Of a DNA stretch of 64,000 bases, positions 28,030 through 38,292 are shown piece after piece. Each line of letters begins with the position of its first letter. Position 1 is the first letter of the stretch. Position numbers and translations under genes: made by a program. Under the pieces are notes generated by a model. It was given only the letters and a program-made list of their open reading frames with translations. It searched no databases and was not told where the DNA came from. Source of the DNA: Candidatus Thorarchaeota archaeon (GTDB taxonomy: Archaea > Asgardarchaeota > Thorarchaeia > Thorarchaeales > Thorarchaeaceae). Where the stretch lies: positions 407,623 through 471,622 of the forward strand of contig DXJO01000010.1 of the NCBI GenBank assembly GCA_019057475.1. The letters are read 5' to 3'.

Positions 28030-29808
28030 CTAGTTCTTGACAAAGGCCACGATTCGATGTTGTTCTCCTACAATCTGGATTGTGGCTGTGAAGCTTTCGC
28101 CAGGTTCGATTGTGAGAAGCGCATACCAGTCAGTGTGGTTCATCCACATTTTTGCACCCTCAATGAACAAGTAGGACGAATTGTCGGTGCCGAGGAGGAC
28201 GTGTGTGTCCCCGTTGTCGACAAAGGCTGTCGTACTGGTGACATTCGCAGTCAACTCGAATATGTCTGAGAGAGTGGCTCCGAACAGAGCGACGAAGCCC
28301 TCTCGCGTTGTTCGAACGAGGTCTTCTCCCCAGATTGTGCCGCCTGTTTCCTGGATGTAGTATCTATTGATATTCGATGCATCGACGAGGGCAAGGGCAT
28401 GCAGGTTCATGTCCGTGAAAACGTAATAGTCTGAATCATCCCAGTAGCCTTTCACCCAGAAAATGGGCGCATACCAAGTCCATGCGGTCTGAGATGGACT
28501 AATCTCAACGGGATAGAGAAGCGGCATTGAGGCGAAGTAGAATCCGGATGCAGGGGGAGTCAGTTGACCGACCACGTTCTCAGCTGCAGCATCTCCGCTC
28601 ACGTAGCTATAGGAACTAAGATCGTGGTAGTACACAGTAGTACGTGTAGCTCTGAAGATACCTGCAAGTGTTCTTGAGCTTGTAACGGGGTGAACCGCAA
28701 CCAATGCCTCAACTCTATTGCTGTCAGGGTTGATTATGTATCGAGTATCCTCTGTCATCTCAAGTCGGTCGCTTGAGGGGGCAATGGTCCAAAGGAAACC
28801 TCCTGCGAACAAATCAAAGCCATCTTCTCTGCGGTATCCTCCCCATCTGGACACCTGTCTCTCCAGCCACTCCTCAGAGTAGGCTTGAGTGATCCAATCG
28901 GGAGTTTCCTCAATAGTTTCATACGTAATGATAGAGCCATTCTCGAAATAGACGATTGGACCAATTGCTCTCTCGACGAAACCAAAGTCTATTGGAGTGC
29001 GGGTCTGGACATAAGCGAGGACGCCCAGCGGATCCCAAGTTGGGTAAGCATACTGAAATGCTGAGGTCATATCGTTGAGGTAATTGCTAAACTGAATGTT
29101 CTTGTCCCAGAATAGACTCTCTCCCAATGGAAGGTTAATGTCCTCTATTATCTCAGGTTCTATCCCCTGTGGGTCGTTAGCATCCACTACAACAAGAGCT
29201 TTGATGTAGTTCGCAGCCAACGTGTTTGTAGAAACCACGATGACAACCCAGACCAGCCGCCCGTTTCGAGTCGTTATATGAGCTGCCGCAGGAATCCATT
29301 CAGAACCTAGTGGTGCGATGTGTTGCTGTGCTACGTAGAGAGCGTACTCCTGGGTCACAAGCCGCACTTGGCCATCAGGTATAGTTGAGTTGAAGAGTGG
29401 TTGATCAGTTTCTACAATCATTTCATCGAATACTTGCGCGTTTGCCACATCCGAGGTCCACGCAACAACTCCCGAATACACGGGCACCGTGATTAGGACG
29501 ATAATGCCAATGCACACCAAAGCCATGCTGGCTTCCTGGGTGGGACGAATCCGATGGAAGCCCATCGTACGAAGGCCCACTCCTGAAAGCAGAAGCACCA
29601 ATCCAAAGCTTGTTGCCAGAGTGAGGTACGCCCAGGGAAGTGTCATGCCCATGATCAGGCAGATGAATACCCACGCGACGGTGCCCCAGACAAGCCTGAA
29701 TGGTAGCCATCTAAGCAACCGACGGGGCCGGAACAGCTCGGGGTTGAAAGGCAGAGGTATTGAGTGCACTATTAGCGAAATAACTAGGAACAGCATAACG
29801 TTCAACAA
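28030..29808 (-). CDS. Hypothetical membrane protein (3-4 N-terminal TMs + large soluble domain)
   Basis: 592-aa ORF with a hydrophobic first ~115 aa and an aromatic, beta-rich remainder. Confidence 0.7.
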   Translation of the reverse strand: MLNVMLFLVISLIVHSIPLPFNPELFRPRRLLRWLPFRLVWGTVAWVFICLIMGMTLPWAYLTLATSFGLVLLLSGVGLRTMGFHRIRPTQEASMALVCIGIIVLITVPVYSGVVAWTSDVANAQVFDEMIVETDQPLFNSTIPDGQVRLVTQEYALYVAQQHIAPLGSEWIPAAAHITTRNGRLVWVVIVVSTNTLAANYIKALVVVDANDPQGIEPEIIEDINLPLGESLFWDKNIQFSNYLNDMTSAFQYAYPTWDPLGVLAYVQTRTPIDFGFVERAIGPIVYFENGSIITYETIEETPDWITQAYSEEWLERQVSRWGGYRREDGFDLFAGGFLWTIAPSSDRLEMTEDTRYIINPDSNRVEALVAVHPVTSSRTLAGIFRATRTTVYYHDLSSYSYVSGDAAAENVVGQLTPPASGFYFASMPLLYPVEISPSQTAWTWYAPIFWVKGYWDDSDYYVFTDMNLHALALVDASNINRYYIQETGGTIWGEDLVRTTREGFVALFGATLSDIFELTANVTSTTAFVDNGDTHVLLGTDNSSYLFIEGAKMWMNHTDWYALLTIEPGESFTATIQIVGEQHRIVAFVKN

Positions 29809-29881
29809 GAATCCTCCGATATTGGTAGCGCTTGAAATAGCCGGGAGTGCATGCTTTTAGCGTTTTCCAGTGGTCAATCGC

Positions 29882-30385
29882 TTACTTTTGTTGTCGAAAC
29901 CGAGGCACGGCGCCTCCTGCTCTGAGCAAGTCAAGCATCATCTGAGGGAGTGCATCACCCTTAAGGACCTCTCCTGTTTCATCGACTGTCAGCGTGCCTT
30001 CGCTGAGGTCAACTGTGAGCTTCATACCGTTTCTCACAACTGCCGTAACTTCTGGCACAGTCATGAGAGGCAGGCCCACATTGAATCCATTTCTATAGAA
30101 TATCCTTGCAAATGATTCTGCCACAACGCAGCCAACACCTGTTCTAACCAGAATTTGAGGTGCCTCTTCTCTGGATGATCCTCCACCAAAGTTCCTTCCT
30201 GCTATGATAATGTCATTCTTCCTCACTGCAGAGGCGAACTCTGGTCTGGGTATCTCAAATGCGTGTTTCGCCATCTCCGCATAATCAAGTAGGGTCAGGT
30301 AGCGCCCTTGGATGATTTGGTCGGTGTCCACATTGTTGCCGAACACCCACGCACGTCCTTTGATCTGTTCCAGCTTCTTCACCAA
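29882..30385 (-). CDS. leuD: 3-isopropylmalate dehydratase/homoaconitase small subunit
   Basis: NVDTDQII.GRYL, GRNFGGGSSREEAP and AESFARIFYRN motifs. Confidence 0.9.
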   Translation of the reverse strand: MVKKLEQIKGRAWVFGNNVDTDQIIQGRYLTLLDYAEMAKHAFEIPRPEFASAVRKNDIIIAGRNFGGGSSREEAPQILVRTGVGCVVAESFARIFYRNGFNVGLPLMTVPEVTAVVRNGMKLTVDLSEGTLTVDETGEVLKGDALPQMMLDLLRAGGAVPRFRQQK

Positions 30386-31654
30386 TCACCGCACACTCCT
30401 TGGGTCAGTAATGACACCTTTCAGAGCGCTTGCTGCCACTGTTGCAGGCGATGCCAGATAGACAAGGGATTCTGGATGTCCCATTCGCCCTCTGAAGTTC
30501 CTGTTTGTAGATGAGATGCAGACCTCACCTGAGCCTAATACTCCAAGATGCCCTCCAACACAAGCTCCACATGTTGAGTTCGTGACGATAGCCCCTGCCT
30601 GAATGAAGGTTTCAATGTAACCCAGCCTGAGTGCTTGAAGGTAAGTTTCTCTGCTGGCCGGAGTGATGATCATTCTTAGGCCCGGGTTGACTTGTTTTCC
30701 TTTCAGGATTCTTGCCGCGATTTCCAAATCTTCTAGTCTTCCATTGGTGCATGAACCGATGAATGCTTGATCTAGCTCAACTCCCTCTACTTCTGACACC
30801 GGCTTTCCATTGGATGGGCTATGCGGAACAGCCACTATTGGATCAATTGGCTCCTTTTGCAGGTCTATGTCGATTTGCTCCACGTATTTGGCATCGTCAT
30901 CTGGAACAACCTCTTTCCACTTGACGCCAGGCGCCCTTGTCGCCATCCACATCCGAACTGCGTCGTTAACCGTCATCAGGCCGCTTTTTGCCCCAGCTTC
31001 GACACTCATGTTAGCAACTGTCATCCTCGATTCAATCGACATGGAGTCCATCGTGGGCCCGTGGAATTCAATCGATTTGTAATTCGCCCCATCTGGTCCT
31101 AAATCAGTCACAATTTTCAGTATCAAGTCCTTACTCATCACCATATCAGGAAGGTCTCCACTGATGTTGATTCTGAGCGATTCTGGCACTCGGAACCAAC
31201 ATTTTCCTGTGGCGATGATGAGCGCACTGTCCGTAGCCGCCAAGCCTGTTGAGAAAGCGTTGAAGGCTCCATAGCTTGTCGAATGTGAGTCGGATCCGAT
31301 TACGAGATCTCCGGGCTTCACAAGGCCCATTTCAGGCAGTACCTGATGACAGATTCCGCAATTTACATCACAGAAGTGCTTGATGCTGTGCTTAGCAACA
31401 AATTGACGATTCCTCTGGTGTATCTCTGCGCTCATGGAGTCTTTTGCAGGTGCCCAATGATCATTCACGACTAGTATTCTCTCTGGGTCCCATACTTTTT
31501 CCACGCCCATCTCTTCTAGGATTGGAATGATTCTCGAGCCTAGAACCTCATGCACCATCAGGAAATCGACAGTCGCTTCCACTATCTCTCCAGCTGTCGC
31601 GTCGCCCTTCTTAGTATGTGACCCCAGGATTTTCTCAGCCAGTGTTTTACCCAA
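30386..31654 (-). CDS. leuC: 3-isopropylmalate dehydratase/homoaconitase large subunit
   Basis: GICHQV, GSDSHST, IGSCTNGR, CGACVGG and NRNFRGRMG motifs. Confidence 0.92.
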   Translation of the reverse strand: MGKTLAEKILGSHTKKGDATAGEIVEATVDFLMVHEVLGSRIIPILEEMGVEKVWDPERILVVNDHWAPAKDSMSAEIHQRNRQFVAKHSIKHFCDVNCGICHQVLPEMGLVKPGDLVIGSDSHSTSYGAFNAFSTGLAATDSALIIATGKCWFRVPESLRINISGDLPDMVMSKDLILKIVTDLGPDGANYKSIEFHGPTMDSMSIESRMTVANMSVEAGAKSGLMTVNDAVRMWMATRAPGVKWKEVVPDDDAKYVEQIDIDLQKEPIDPIVAVPHSPSNGKPVSEVEGVELDQAFIGSCTNGRLEDLEIAARILKGKQVNPGLRMIITPASRETYLQALRLGYIETFIQAGAIVTNSTCGACVGGHLGVLGSGEVCISSTNRNFRGRMGHPESLVYLASPATVAASALKGVITDPRSVR

Positions 31655-31664
31655 TCACATCACC

Positions 31665-32822
31665 TCATAGCGAGGCCTTCCGAATTCGATCTGCTATTGC
31701 AGTGGCCACTGTTTCAGTAGATGATGGTGTGATACCTCTCCAATTGCCTGTGCAGATATCGTAAGTCCGAATCTTGCCTTCTTTGAGTACATCAGTCACG
31801 GATTGAGTTACGAGCTCACCCGCCTTGGCGACGTTCTTATCCTTTCTCGTGGTGCCGAGCCAATTAAGCATCATTGCGCCTGCTAGGATTGCTGCAATTG
31901 GATTCGCCTTGTTCTGACCCGCATGCTTTGGTGCTGATCCATGAACCGGCTCGAACACTCCTTTTCCTTCACCGATATTGCCAGCTGGGGCCATCCCTAG
32001 CCCGCCTTGAATGGATGCACCGAGATCAGTAATGATATCCCCAAATTCATTGGGTGTTACGAGCAAGTCGTAGTACTCTGGCTTTCTCAAGCACCATTGT
32101 GTCCAGGCATCAACATAGGCATAGTCGCGTTCTACCTGTGGGTAATCCTGTGCCACTTCATCATAGGTTTCCCTGAACAGCTGGCAGCCTGCAAGTAGAT
32201 TGCTCTTGTCAACACAAGTAACTCTCATGACGCCATCAACAGGTGCTCCCTGCTTTCTCGCGACTGACTGTTCAAATGCGAACTTGGCTACTCTTCTCGC
32301 GCCCTTCTTTGTTATCACGCGCAAGTCCACGGCAAGCTCGGTTTCCCCGCCCTTCTCCAGTCTTCCTCTTGCAGGGGTGTATAGCCCCTCCGTATTCTCA
32401 CGGATGATTATCATGTCAATGTCATTGTGAGTCTTCTCTGCAAGTGGAGTTGGGACCCCTTCGTAGAGCTTTATTGGGCGTACGTTAGCGTACAGGTCAA
32501 GTTGGAATCTCAATCCCAGCACAATATTGTAGCCTGCTAGGTTCTTATCCGGAAGTCTTACCTGTTCACCATCGGGACCGACAGCCCCCACTGCTCCTAG
32601 CAAGACTGCGTCAGCCTTTTCCTTGGTGAAGGTCTCTGCTTCTTCTGACCATTCTCGCCCTGTCTTCAGATAGTATTCTCCCCCACATTCATACTCAATT
32701 GGTTCCAGTTGAAATCCACTAACCTTCTCTTCAGCCGCCAGCAAGACACGGAGTGCTGCGGGTATCACTTCCCTTCCGATACCGTCGCCAGGCAGAACTG
32801 CTATCTTGTATTTCCGGGGCAA
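31665..32822 (-). CDS. Isopropylmalate/isohomocitrate/tartrate-family beta-decarboxylating dehydrogenase
   Basis: GDGIGREV, LYANVRP, RENTEGLY, NEFGDIITD and FEPVHGSAP motifs. Confidence 0.9.
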   Translation of the reverse strand: MPRKYKIAVLPGDGIGREVIPAALRVLLAAEEKVSGFQLEPIEYECGGEYYLKTGREWSEEAETFTKEKADAVLLGAVGAVGPDGEQVRLPDKNLAGYNIVLGLRFQLDLYANVRPIKLYEGVPTPLAEKTHNDIDMIIIRENTEGLYTPARGRLEKGGETELAVDLRVITKKGARRVAKFAFEQSVARKQGAPVDGVMRVTCVDKSNLLAGCQLFRETYDEVAQDYPQVERDYAYVDAWTQWCLRKPEYYDLLVTPNEFGDIITDLGASIQGGLGMAPAGNIGEGKGVFEPVHGSAPKHAGQNKANPIAAILAGAMMLNWLGTTRKDKNVAKAGELVTQSVTDVLKEGKIRTYDICTGNWRGITPSSTETVATAIADRIRKASL

Positions 32823-32832
32823 ATTGCCTCAC

Positions 32833-33189
32833 CTAGTAGCTTCCTAGCCAGCCCAAATCATTGCCTCTGTCGTCGAGCAGGCTTACCATTGTGTCAATCA
32901 TCTTCCCATCAACATATCTCACTTTGCATCTAATGGTGAATCGTTTCTTACACTTTTCGCATTCCACAAGCCAGTCCTCTACAACCACTTCAATGCTATG
33001 CCCTTGGATACTTGGCGGATCCTTTGTGACGCTAATCACTGTTAGTTCCTTTCCATCACAGGCATAAGTACACTCTTTGAGCGGAATCGGTTCCATCCCT
33101 CTTCTACCGAGAGCAACAAAGACCACATCTGGCAAGTCGTCAATCGTCGGGTCTTCTTCCAAGTGTCGCACCAGCCTCGGGTTTCTCAC
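32833..33189 (-). CDS. Hypothetical protein, putative Zn-binding (CxxxC...CxxC)
   Basis: Lies 10 nt upstream of the dehydrogenase on the same strand; probable start TTG 33162. Confidence 0.6.
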   Translation of the reverse strand: MRNPRLVRHLEEDPTIDDLPDVVFVALGRRGMEPIPLKECTYACDGKELTVISVTKDPPSIQGHSIEVVVEDWLVECEKCKKRFTIRCKVRYVDGKMIDTMVSLLDDRGNDLGWLGSY

Positions 33190-33206
33190 CGCTACGTATT
33201 AATTGA

Positions 33207-34130
33207 ATGGTTACGATACCCTCAACCATGAGACTCGTCAGCTACTCACGGCTTGGAGTACCATCCATCGGCGTGGAAACAGAATCCGGTATCTTGGACA
33301 TACCTGAGGCGGCGTCTCGCTTTGGGCGGAAGTACAATATTGGAGGCCATGGATTCCCGGCAACCATGAAACACCTTCTACGATGGGAATCAGGTATCGA
33401 AGTCGTTCAGCAAATCGTTGAAAGCTTTGAGAAAACGTCTCCAACGGAACGTCCTATGGTATACGAAGAATCTGAAACTAAGCTCGAGGCACCGATTTCT
33501 CGTCCAGGCAAGGTTGTAGCGTTGGGTCTCAACTACAAAGGACACATCGAGGAAACAGGTAGAGAGGTTCCTGATTTCCCTGTGATTTTTTGCAAGTTCT
33601 CTTCAAGTATTGTTGGACCTGACACTTCAATCCTCCATCCCAAGGTCACCAAGAAGCTCGACTGGGAGGTTGAGCTAGGCATTGTGATTGGTAAGGTATG
33701 CAGGAACGTAACTAAGAAAGATGCACTGGACTACGTGGCTGGCTACACGGTAATCAATGACCTAAGCGCGCGGGATCTACAGCGAGGGGATGTTCAATTC
33801 ATTCGTGGCAAGTCATTAGATGGGTTATGTCCTATGGGTCCATGTATTGTAACGACTGACGAACTGGGTGATGCCTCAGGTCTCGAACTCCGTACAAAGG
33901 TCAACGGAGTGATTAAGCAGCAGTCTAACACTTCAGACCTTCTCCGCGATGTACCGACAATAGTATCCTACTTATCAGAGTACTTTACTCTTGAACCCGG
34001 GGACATCATCGCAAGTGGCACACCTTCAGGAGTTGGCGCCGCTCGAACCCCTCCGGAATTTCTCAAGCCTGGTGACGAGGTTGAGCTGTTCATCGAGAAA
34101 ATCGGGTATCTTCGAAACAAAATTATCTAG
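33207..34130 (+). CDS. Fumarylacetoacetate hydrolase family protein
   Basis: GLNYKGH, LDWEVEL, NDLSARD, GKSLDG and GTPSGVG motifs. Start may be ATG 33228. Confidence 0.92.
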   Translation: MVTIPSTMRLVSYSRLGVPSIGVETESGILDIPEAASRFGRKYNIGGHGFPATMKHLLRWESGIEVVQQIVESFEKTSPTERPMVYEESETKLEAPISRPGKVVALGLNYKGHIEETGREVPDFPVIFCKFSSSIVGPDTSILHPKVTKKLDWEVELGIVIGKVCRNVTKKDALDYVAGYTVINDLSARDLQRGDVQFIRGKSLDGLCPMGPCIVTTDELGDASGLELRTKVNGVIKQQSNTSDLLRDVPTIVSYLSEYFTLEPGDIIASGTPSGVGAARTPPEFLKPGDEVELFIEKIGYLRNKII

Positions 34131-34135
34131 GGCCC

Positions 34136-36430
34136 TCATTTCGCGAACTCAAGTCGAACAATCTGCCCTTGCTTGAATTGGTATCTAACAGCGACAACCT
34201 CCGGCGCAATAATCTCTATCTTGACCTGTTCATCGCTGATGTATGCGCGCTCGGGCGTCCAGTTTCCTCCGAAGACAAAGAAAATTGCCTCGGGTTCATT
34301 CGTTGTCCTTGCTACAATGACTCTTAATGCACGCTCTTCTGGGTTCCATTCTAGCTGGGACAGCTCAACCGCACCTTGGGTGAAGTGCATGCTTGTGCTA
34401 AGCACATCTGGAATGTTTCCAGCGGGTCTGATGCACAGTAGTCGACAGGAGTGCGGCTTCAGCCCCATTAACTCAATGTTGCCCTCAATAAGACCCTCAT
34501 AGCGCTCATCCCAGAAATCAAAAACATGATGAAATGCATCTTCATCCAGCCCAATCTCACTCAGTGAGAACGAGGCGCCAACGGGCTTTTCCGTGAGGTT
34601 GATTGCTGCGACTACAGCCCATCTCCCCAGAGGGGTCTCTATTGGAAGAGCGAACACTCGAGGCTCAGCTTCAACGAGAGAGTCAAGGGCAATTCCTCCG
34701 CGTCTATGGGCTGGCAAGATTTTCTCCAAGAGATGAATGCGCTCCTTAGAGACCTCCATGATTCGATCGCTTAGCATAATGCTACCCCCACTCAGAGCGA
34801 CGACAGAGAGCCAGAGCTTGATCTCATCCAAAGTGAGGTTATTGTCATCCTGTCTAACAAGAACGCAATCACCATCATTGATCCACCATCGATCGTGAAG
34901 AATGGCCCTTGACATCGTGTTGATTGCGCACTGGTACACGCCTCCTCCCCAATCGTACTTCCATACAGTGGCAATGTCATTCCCGATTCTCATGGCGTTT
35001 ACAATACCGATACAAGGTCCGAGTGGTGCTCCGCAACCCAGGATGAAAGCATCGCCTACTGCATGTCTGATTGCTTCCAATCCTCTCCTCAAGGTTTGTC
35101 CACGTGTCATTCTCTTGTTGCGTCGAACTCCCTCTAGGCACGCATGGTACAAGAAATCGATTTTGAAGTATTCAAAACCCTCTTCTTTCAGCTTTTCGAA
35201 CACGCTCTCAATGTGACTGATGACTTCAGGATTTGTCAAGTCTAGGGCATAGAACTTGCCAAGCCACAGTGGGTTTTCGCCAACAACCGAAAATCTACCA
35301 TCAATATCCTTGACAAACCAGTCTTGTTCGTTCTTAAACAAATCAGAGTGTTCTGATGCAATGAACGGAGCAACCCAGATACCCGCCTTGAAGCCGAGTT
35401 TATTGATCTTCTTCACAAGTGTGTTCAGGCCATTCTTGAACCTGTCATTCTCGGTCCAATCGCCTATGGCCTTCTGATAGCCATCGTCTATCTGAATCCA
35501 CTCGATATGCTCTGGAAGCTTCTCTTTGAGAGCATTTGCATTTGATTCAATCTCTTTTTCATCAGGAGTAGTGAAGTAGAAGTACCAGCTGCACCAACCT
35601 TGTGGTACCTTGTCCCAACCGAGAGCTTTCATTCTATTGGATACGATCTCAACATAAAGTGCCAATAACTCAAGCGCGTGCTCGCCCGCTACTACGAACA
35701 GTTCTTCGGATACAATGGTTTCCTTATCCAAGACTGGAATATCATCACATAGACTAGATGCTACCAGTCTTTCAAGCGTGCTTTCCTCATCCTCACGACC
35801 ATACGCCGAAATCGTAGAGAGCTGGTCTGCCATTGTAACAAATCCAAGAACCAGAGCCTTCTTGGTTTCAGTGTTATTCACTACGGTGTAGAAGTGACTA
35901 GTATTCTCTCCGCTCTCAATGGGTAACGCTTGACTGAGTTCCCAAGAATGGAATCCGTTCCTGAAGAATCGAAGCCTGCGACCATTCCATCCAGTCAGTA
36001 GTCTTGATGGATCATCCACGTCAAGAATAAATGGGCTAATCGACTTGATTCTGAGTTCCTCGTCTGAGCGGCTCTTGAACTGGACACTGCACGTGTAGCA
36101 CGGAAGGCTCCTTATCACGCTGAGTTTGAGGTTCATTTCACCTCTTTTATCGGGACCTTGCAGCCTGAAGACAACCGCCTTGCCCTGTCCCATATCGTCC
36201 TCGAAATCCAGCGTGCTGAAGGCTTTGTAGGTCATATTGCGAGAATCGAACGTATACTGATCTGTCTGCACTTGCACGTAGCCGCGCGAGAAGATATCAT
36301 TTCCAGTAGTCAAGTCAGTGAACGTGAGGATGCCTAACCGGGTGTCAAATGAAATACTAACCAAACCATTGCTCAAGATTACTGCTTCGTCGGTGATCCT
36401 CAGCGTGCAGTCCTGACTAATGTCTGGCAA
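34136..36430 (-). CDS. Alpha-galactosidase-like glycoside hydrolase (GH36)
   Basis: GWCSWY, IQIDDGYQ, GIWVAPF, FKIDFL (nucleophile), GCGAPL and MRIGND (acid/base) motifs. Confidence 0.88.
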   Translation of the reverse strand: MPDISQDCTLRITDEAVILSNGLVSISFDTRLGILTFTDLTTGNDIFSRGYVQVQTDQYTFDSRNMTYKAFSTLDFEDDMGQGKAVVFRLQGPDKRGEMNLKLSVIRSLPCYTCSVQFKSRSDEELRIKSISPFILDVDDPSRLLTGWNGRRLRFFRNGFHSWELSQALPIESGENTSHFYTVVNNTETKKALVLGFVTMADQLSTISAYGREDEESTLERLVASSLCDDIPVLDKETIVSEELFVVAGEHALELLALYVEIVSNRMKALGWDKVPQGWCSWYFYFTTPDEKEIESNANALKEKLPEHIEWIQIDDGYQKAIGDWTENDRFKNGLNTLVKKINKLGFKAGIWVAPFIASEHSDLFKNEQDWFVKDIDGRFSVVGENPLWLGKFYALDLTNPEVISHIESVFEKLKEEGFEYFKIDFLYHACLEGVRRNKRMTRGQTLRRGLEAIRHAVGDAFILGCGAPLGPCIGIVNAMRIGNDIATVWKYDWGGGVYQCAINTMSRAILHDRWWINDGDCVLVRQDDNNLTLDEIKLWLSVVALSGGSIMLSDRIMEVSKERIHLLEKILPAHRRGGIALDSLVEAEPRVFALPIETPLGRWAVVAAINLTEKPVGASFSLSEIGLDEDAFHHVFDFWDERYEGLIEGNIELMGLKPHSCRLLCIRPAGNIPDVLSTSMHFTQGAVELSQLEWNPEERALRVIVARTTNEPEAIFFVFGGNWTPERAYISDEQVKIEIIAPEVVAVRYQFKQGQIVRLEFAK

Positions 36431-36493
36431 GGAGAATGCCTCTCATGTGACTGTGCATTTATTCACAGTTGACCTCTTATGCTTTCTCGAAGA

Positions 36494-37030
36494 CTAGAGC
36501 CCGGATGCACGGATCTCCGCTTCTTGGGCCTCCGCATACTCAAACAGCCTTTTATGTGCTCGTGCCAGTAGATTCCATACTTCCTTGTCATTGGGTTGAA
36601 GTTCGAGGTAACGCTTGAGGAAATCTCTCATGTCTTCGCTCTTGTCAAGCTTGTCATAACATAGAGCACCGTAGTACAGTGCCCTCTTGTGGTCCTTCGC
36701 CGGCCCCATTACATCCTTGAAGACCTCAAGGGCGGCTGTCCATTCTTCGTCCTCGAAGAGCACCAATCCATCCTTGAATCTATCTTCAAGCTTTTGGTAA
36801 TCCGGCAAATTTGACACATAGCTTCCTAGGAATGCGCAAGAAGTGCAGAAAACGATTATAGTCACAAGAATAAATGTAAAACCGATAATAATCCCCGGGT
36901 CTTGATTTATGTAACCGTGGCCTGCGAGAAACGCCAGCCCGAAGCCGCCGACAATGATTACAGAAACTGCCAAACCAATCTTCTTGAAACTGAGCTTCTT
37001 TGACAAGTCTGATGAATTTTCCGGGACCAC
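36494..37030 (-). CDS. Two-TM protein with C-terminal TPR repeats
   Basis: Two hydrophobic segments followed by ALYYGALCY...YLELQPNDKEVW TPR pattern. Confidence 0.7.
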   Translation of the reverse strand: MVPENSSDLSKKLSFKKIGLAVSVIIVGGFGLAFLAGHGYINQDPGIIIGFTFILVTIIVFCTSCAFLGSYVSNLPDYQKLEDRFKDGLVLFEDEEWTAALEVFKDVMGPAKDHKRALYYGALCYDKLDKSEDMRDFLKRYLELQPNDKEVWNLLARAHKRLFEYAEAQEAEIRASGL

Positions 37031-37080
37031 AGTTCGAACCTCAGTTCATCGGAGCAGTCTTGGCTTTTAGGTATGACGAA

Positions 37081-37746
37081 TCAATCAACGGAATTCGAGT
37101 TTTGGATGTTTAGATCGGAGAGCTTTTTCTTCTCCTTCTTGGCTTTGTCATATTCGCGTTGGTCTTGAGCGGAGGCCAGTCTTGCCCTTGATACGTGTAT
37201 CCACTCCTTCACTCGTGTTTCAAGTGACGGGTTCAATTCCAATGCCACTTCAGCATATGCTATTGCGTGCTGATCTTCCTGTTCGATGAAATGAGCGTTC
37301 GCTTTGTTGTAGAATGCTTCTGCGTAGTCGGGTTTCAATGCTACTGCTCGCGTGTATGCTTCAATTGCTGGACGCCCGTTTCCCATCTTAGAATGAGAAT
37401 TGCCTAAGTTGTTCCAAGCCTCAGCATCCTCTGGATTAATTTCGAGTGCTTTCTCGTAGCACTCCTTAGCTTTCTTGAAGTCTGCAAGTTCGTAAAGCAC
37501 TGCCGCCTTATTGAACCAAATCTCGAAGATCATGTTGTCGATAGCGAGTGCTTCGTCATAGGCCTTCAGTGCCTCCTCTTGACGGTCAATGGCTCCCAGT
37601 GCACATCCGTAGTTGTACCACGCATCAATCGAATCAGGGTTTCCCTCCAAGTAGGGTTCCAAGATCTCGATGGCCGCTTTGTACTGTTCTGCTTGTATGA
37701 GGTTCACTGCCGATGTGACTTGTTCGTTGCTATTTCTACTCATCAC
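37081..37746 (-). CDS. Tetratricopeptide repeat protein
   Basis: Four to five canonical 34-aa TPRs (AWYNYG, IWFNKA, AWNNLG, AFYNKA). Confidence 0.9.
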   Translation of the reverse strand: MMSRNSNEQVTSAVNLIQAEQYKAAIEILEPYLEGNPDSIDAWYNYGCALGAIDRQEEALKAYDEALAIDNMIFEIWFNKAAVLYELADFKKAKECYEKALEINPEDAEAWNNLGNSHSKMGNGRPAIEAYTRAVALKPDYAEAFYNKANAHFIEQEDQHAIAYAEVALELNPSLETRVKEWIHVSRARLASAQDQREYDKAKKEKKKLSDLNIQNSNSVD

Positions 37747-37776
37747 GGAGCCTTCCGATGCTGTCCACTTTGCGTC

Positions 37777-38205
37777 CTATTCGGGTTTGCCTGCCATCTT
37801 ACGTCCGAGGATTGCGAGAACTGCGCCTAACCACCCAGAGCCTTGTGACACCATTAGGTTAACGTAATCAATGACTCCAGATGTTCCGACGAGCATGAAA
37901 TGCTGTGCCAGAACGATGACCAAACCAATGAGGCCCATTCCTGCAGCTATGCCGATAACGAACTTGCCAGTTCCAACACGGTCGGTCATCAACATGAATG
38001 CCCCGATGATGACTCCGATTCCCCCAAGACCTGCTATGAAACTGAGAATCAACAGCACGTTGTCAAGGACCCCAACCATCTCTGGGTACTGGTCAGCCAC
38101 GAATGCGATAATGGCACCGTACATCCCGATACTGCCTATGGCGCTTGCCAAGAACAATAGAATACCTCCTACAAGGCACATGATGAATGCTTTCTTGTTG
38201 TGCAT
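37777..38205 (-). CDS. Gly-rich four-TM hypothetical membrane protein
   Basis: Four hydrophobic helices with GxxG patterns; GGTGA upstream of the ATG. Confidence 0.7.
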   Translation of the reverse strand: MHNKKAFIMCLVGGILLFLASAIGSIGMYGAIIAFVADQYPEMVGVLDNVLLILSFIAGLGGIGVIIGAFMLMTDRVGTGKFVIGIAAGMGLIGLVIVLAQHFMLVGTSGVIDYVNLMVSQGSGWLGAVLAILGRKMAGKPE

Positions 38206-38292
38206 GATTTCACCGCTCTAGCGCACGGCAATGATGGCCCGTTTATCTGTATCTATGCGCTCAGAATCGCAGAATGCACATGACCTACAGGT

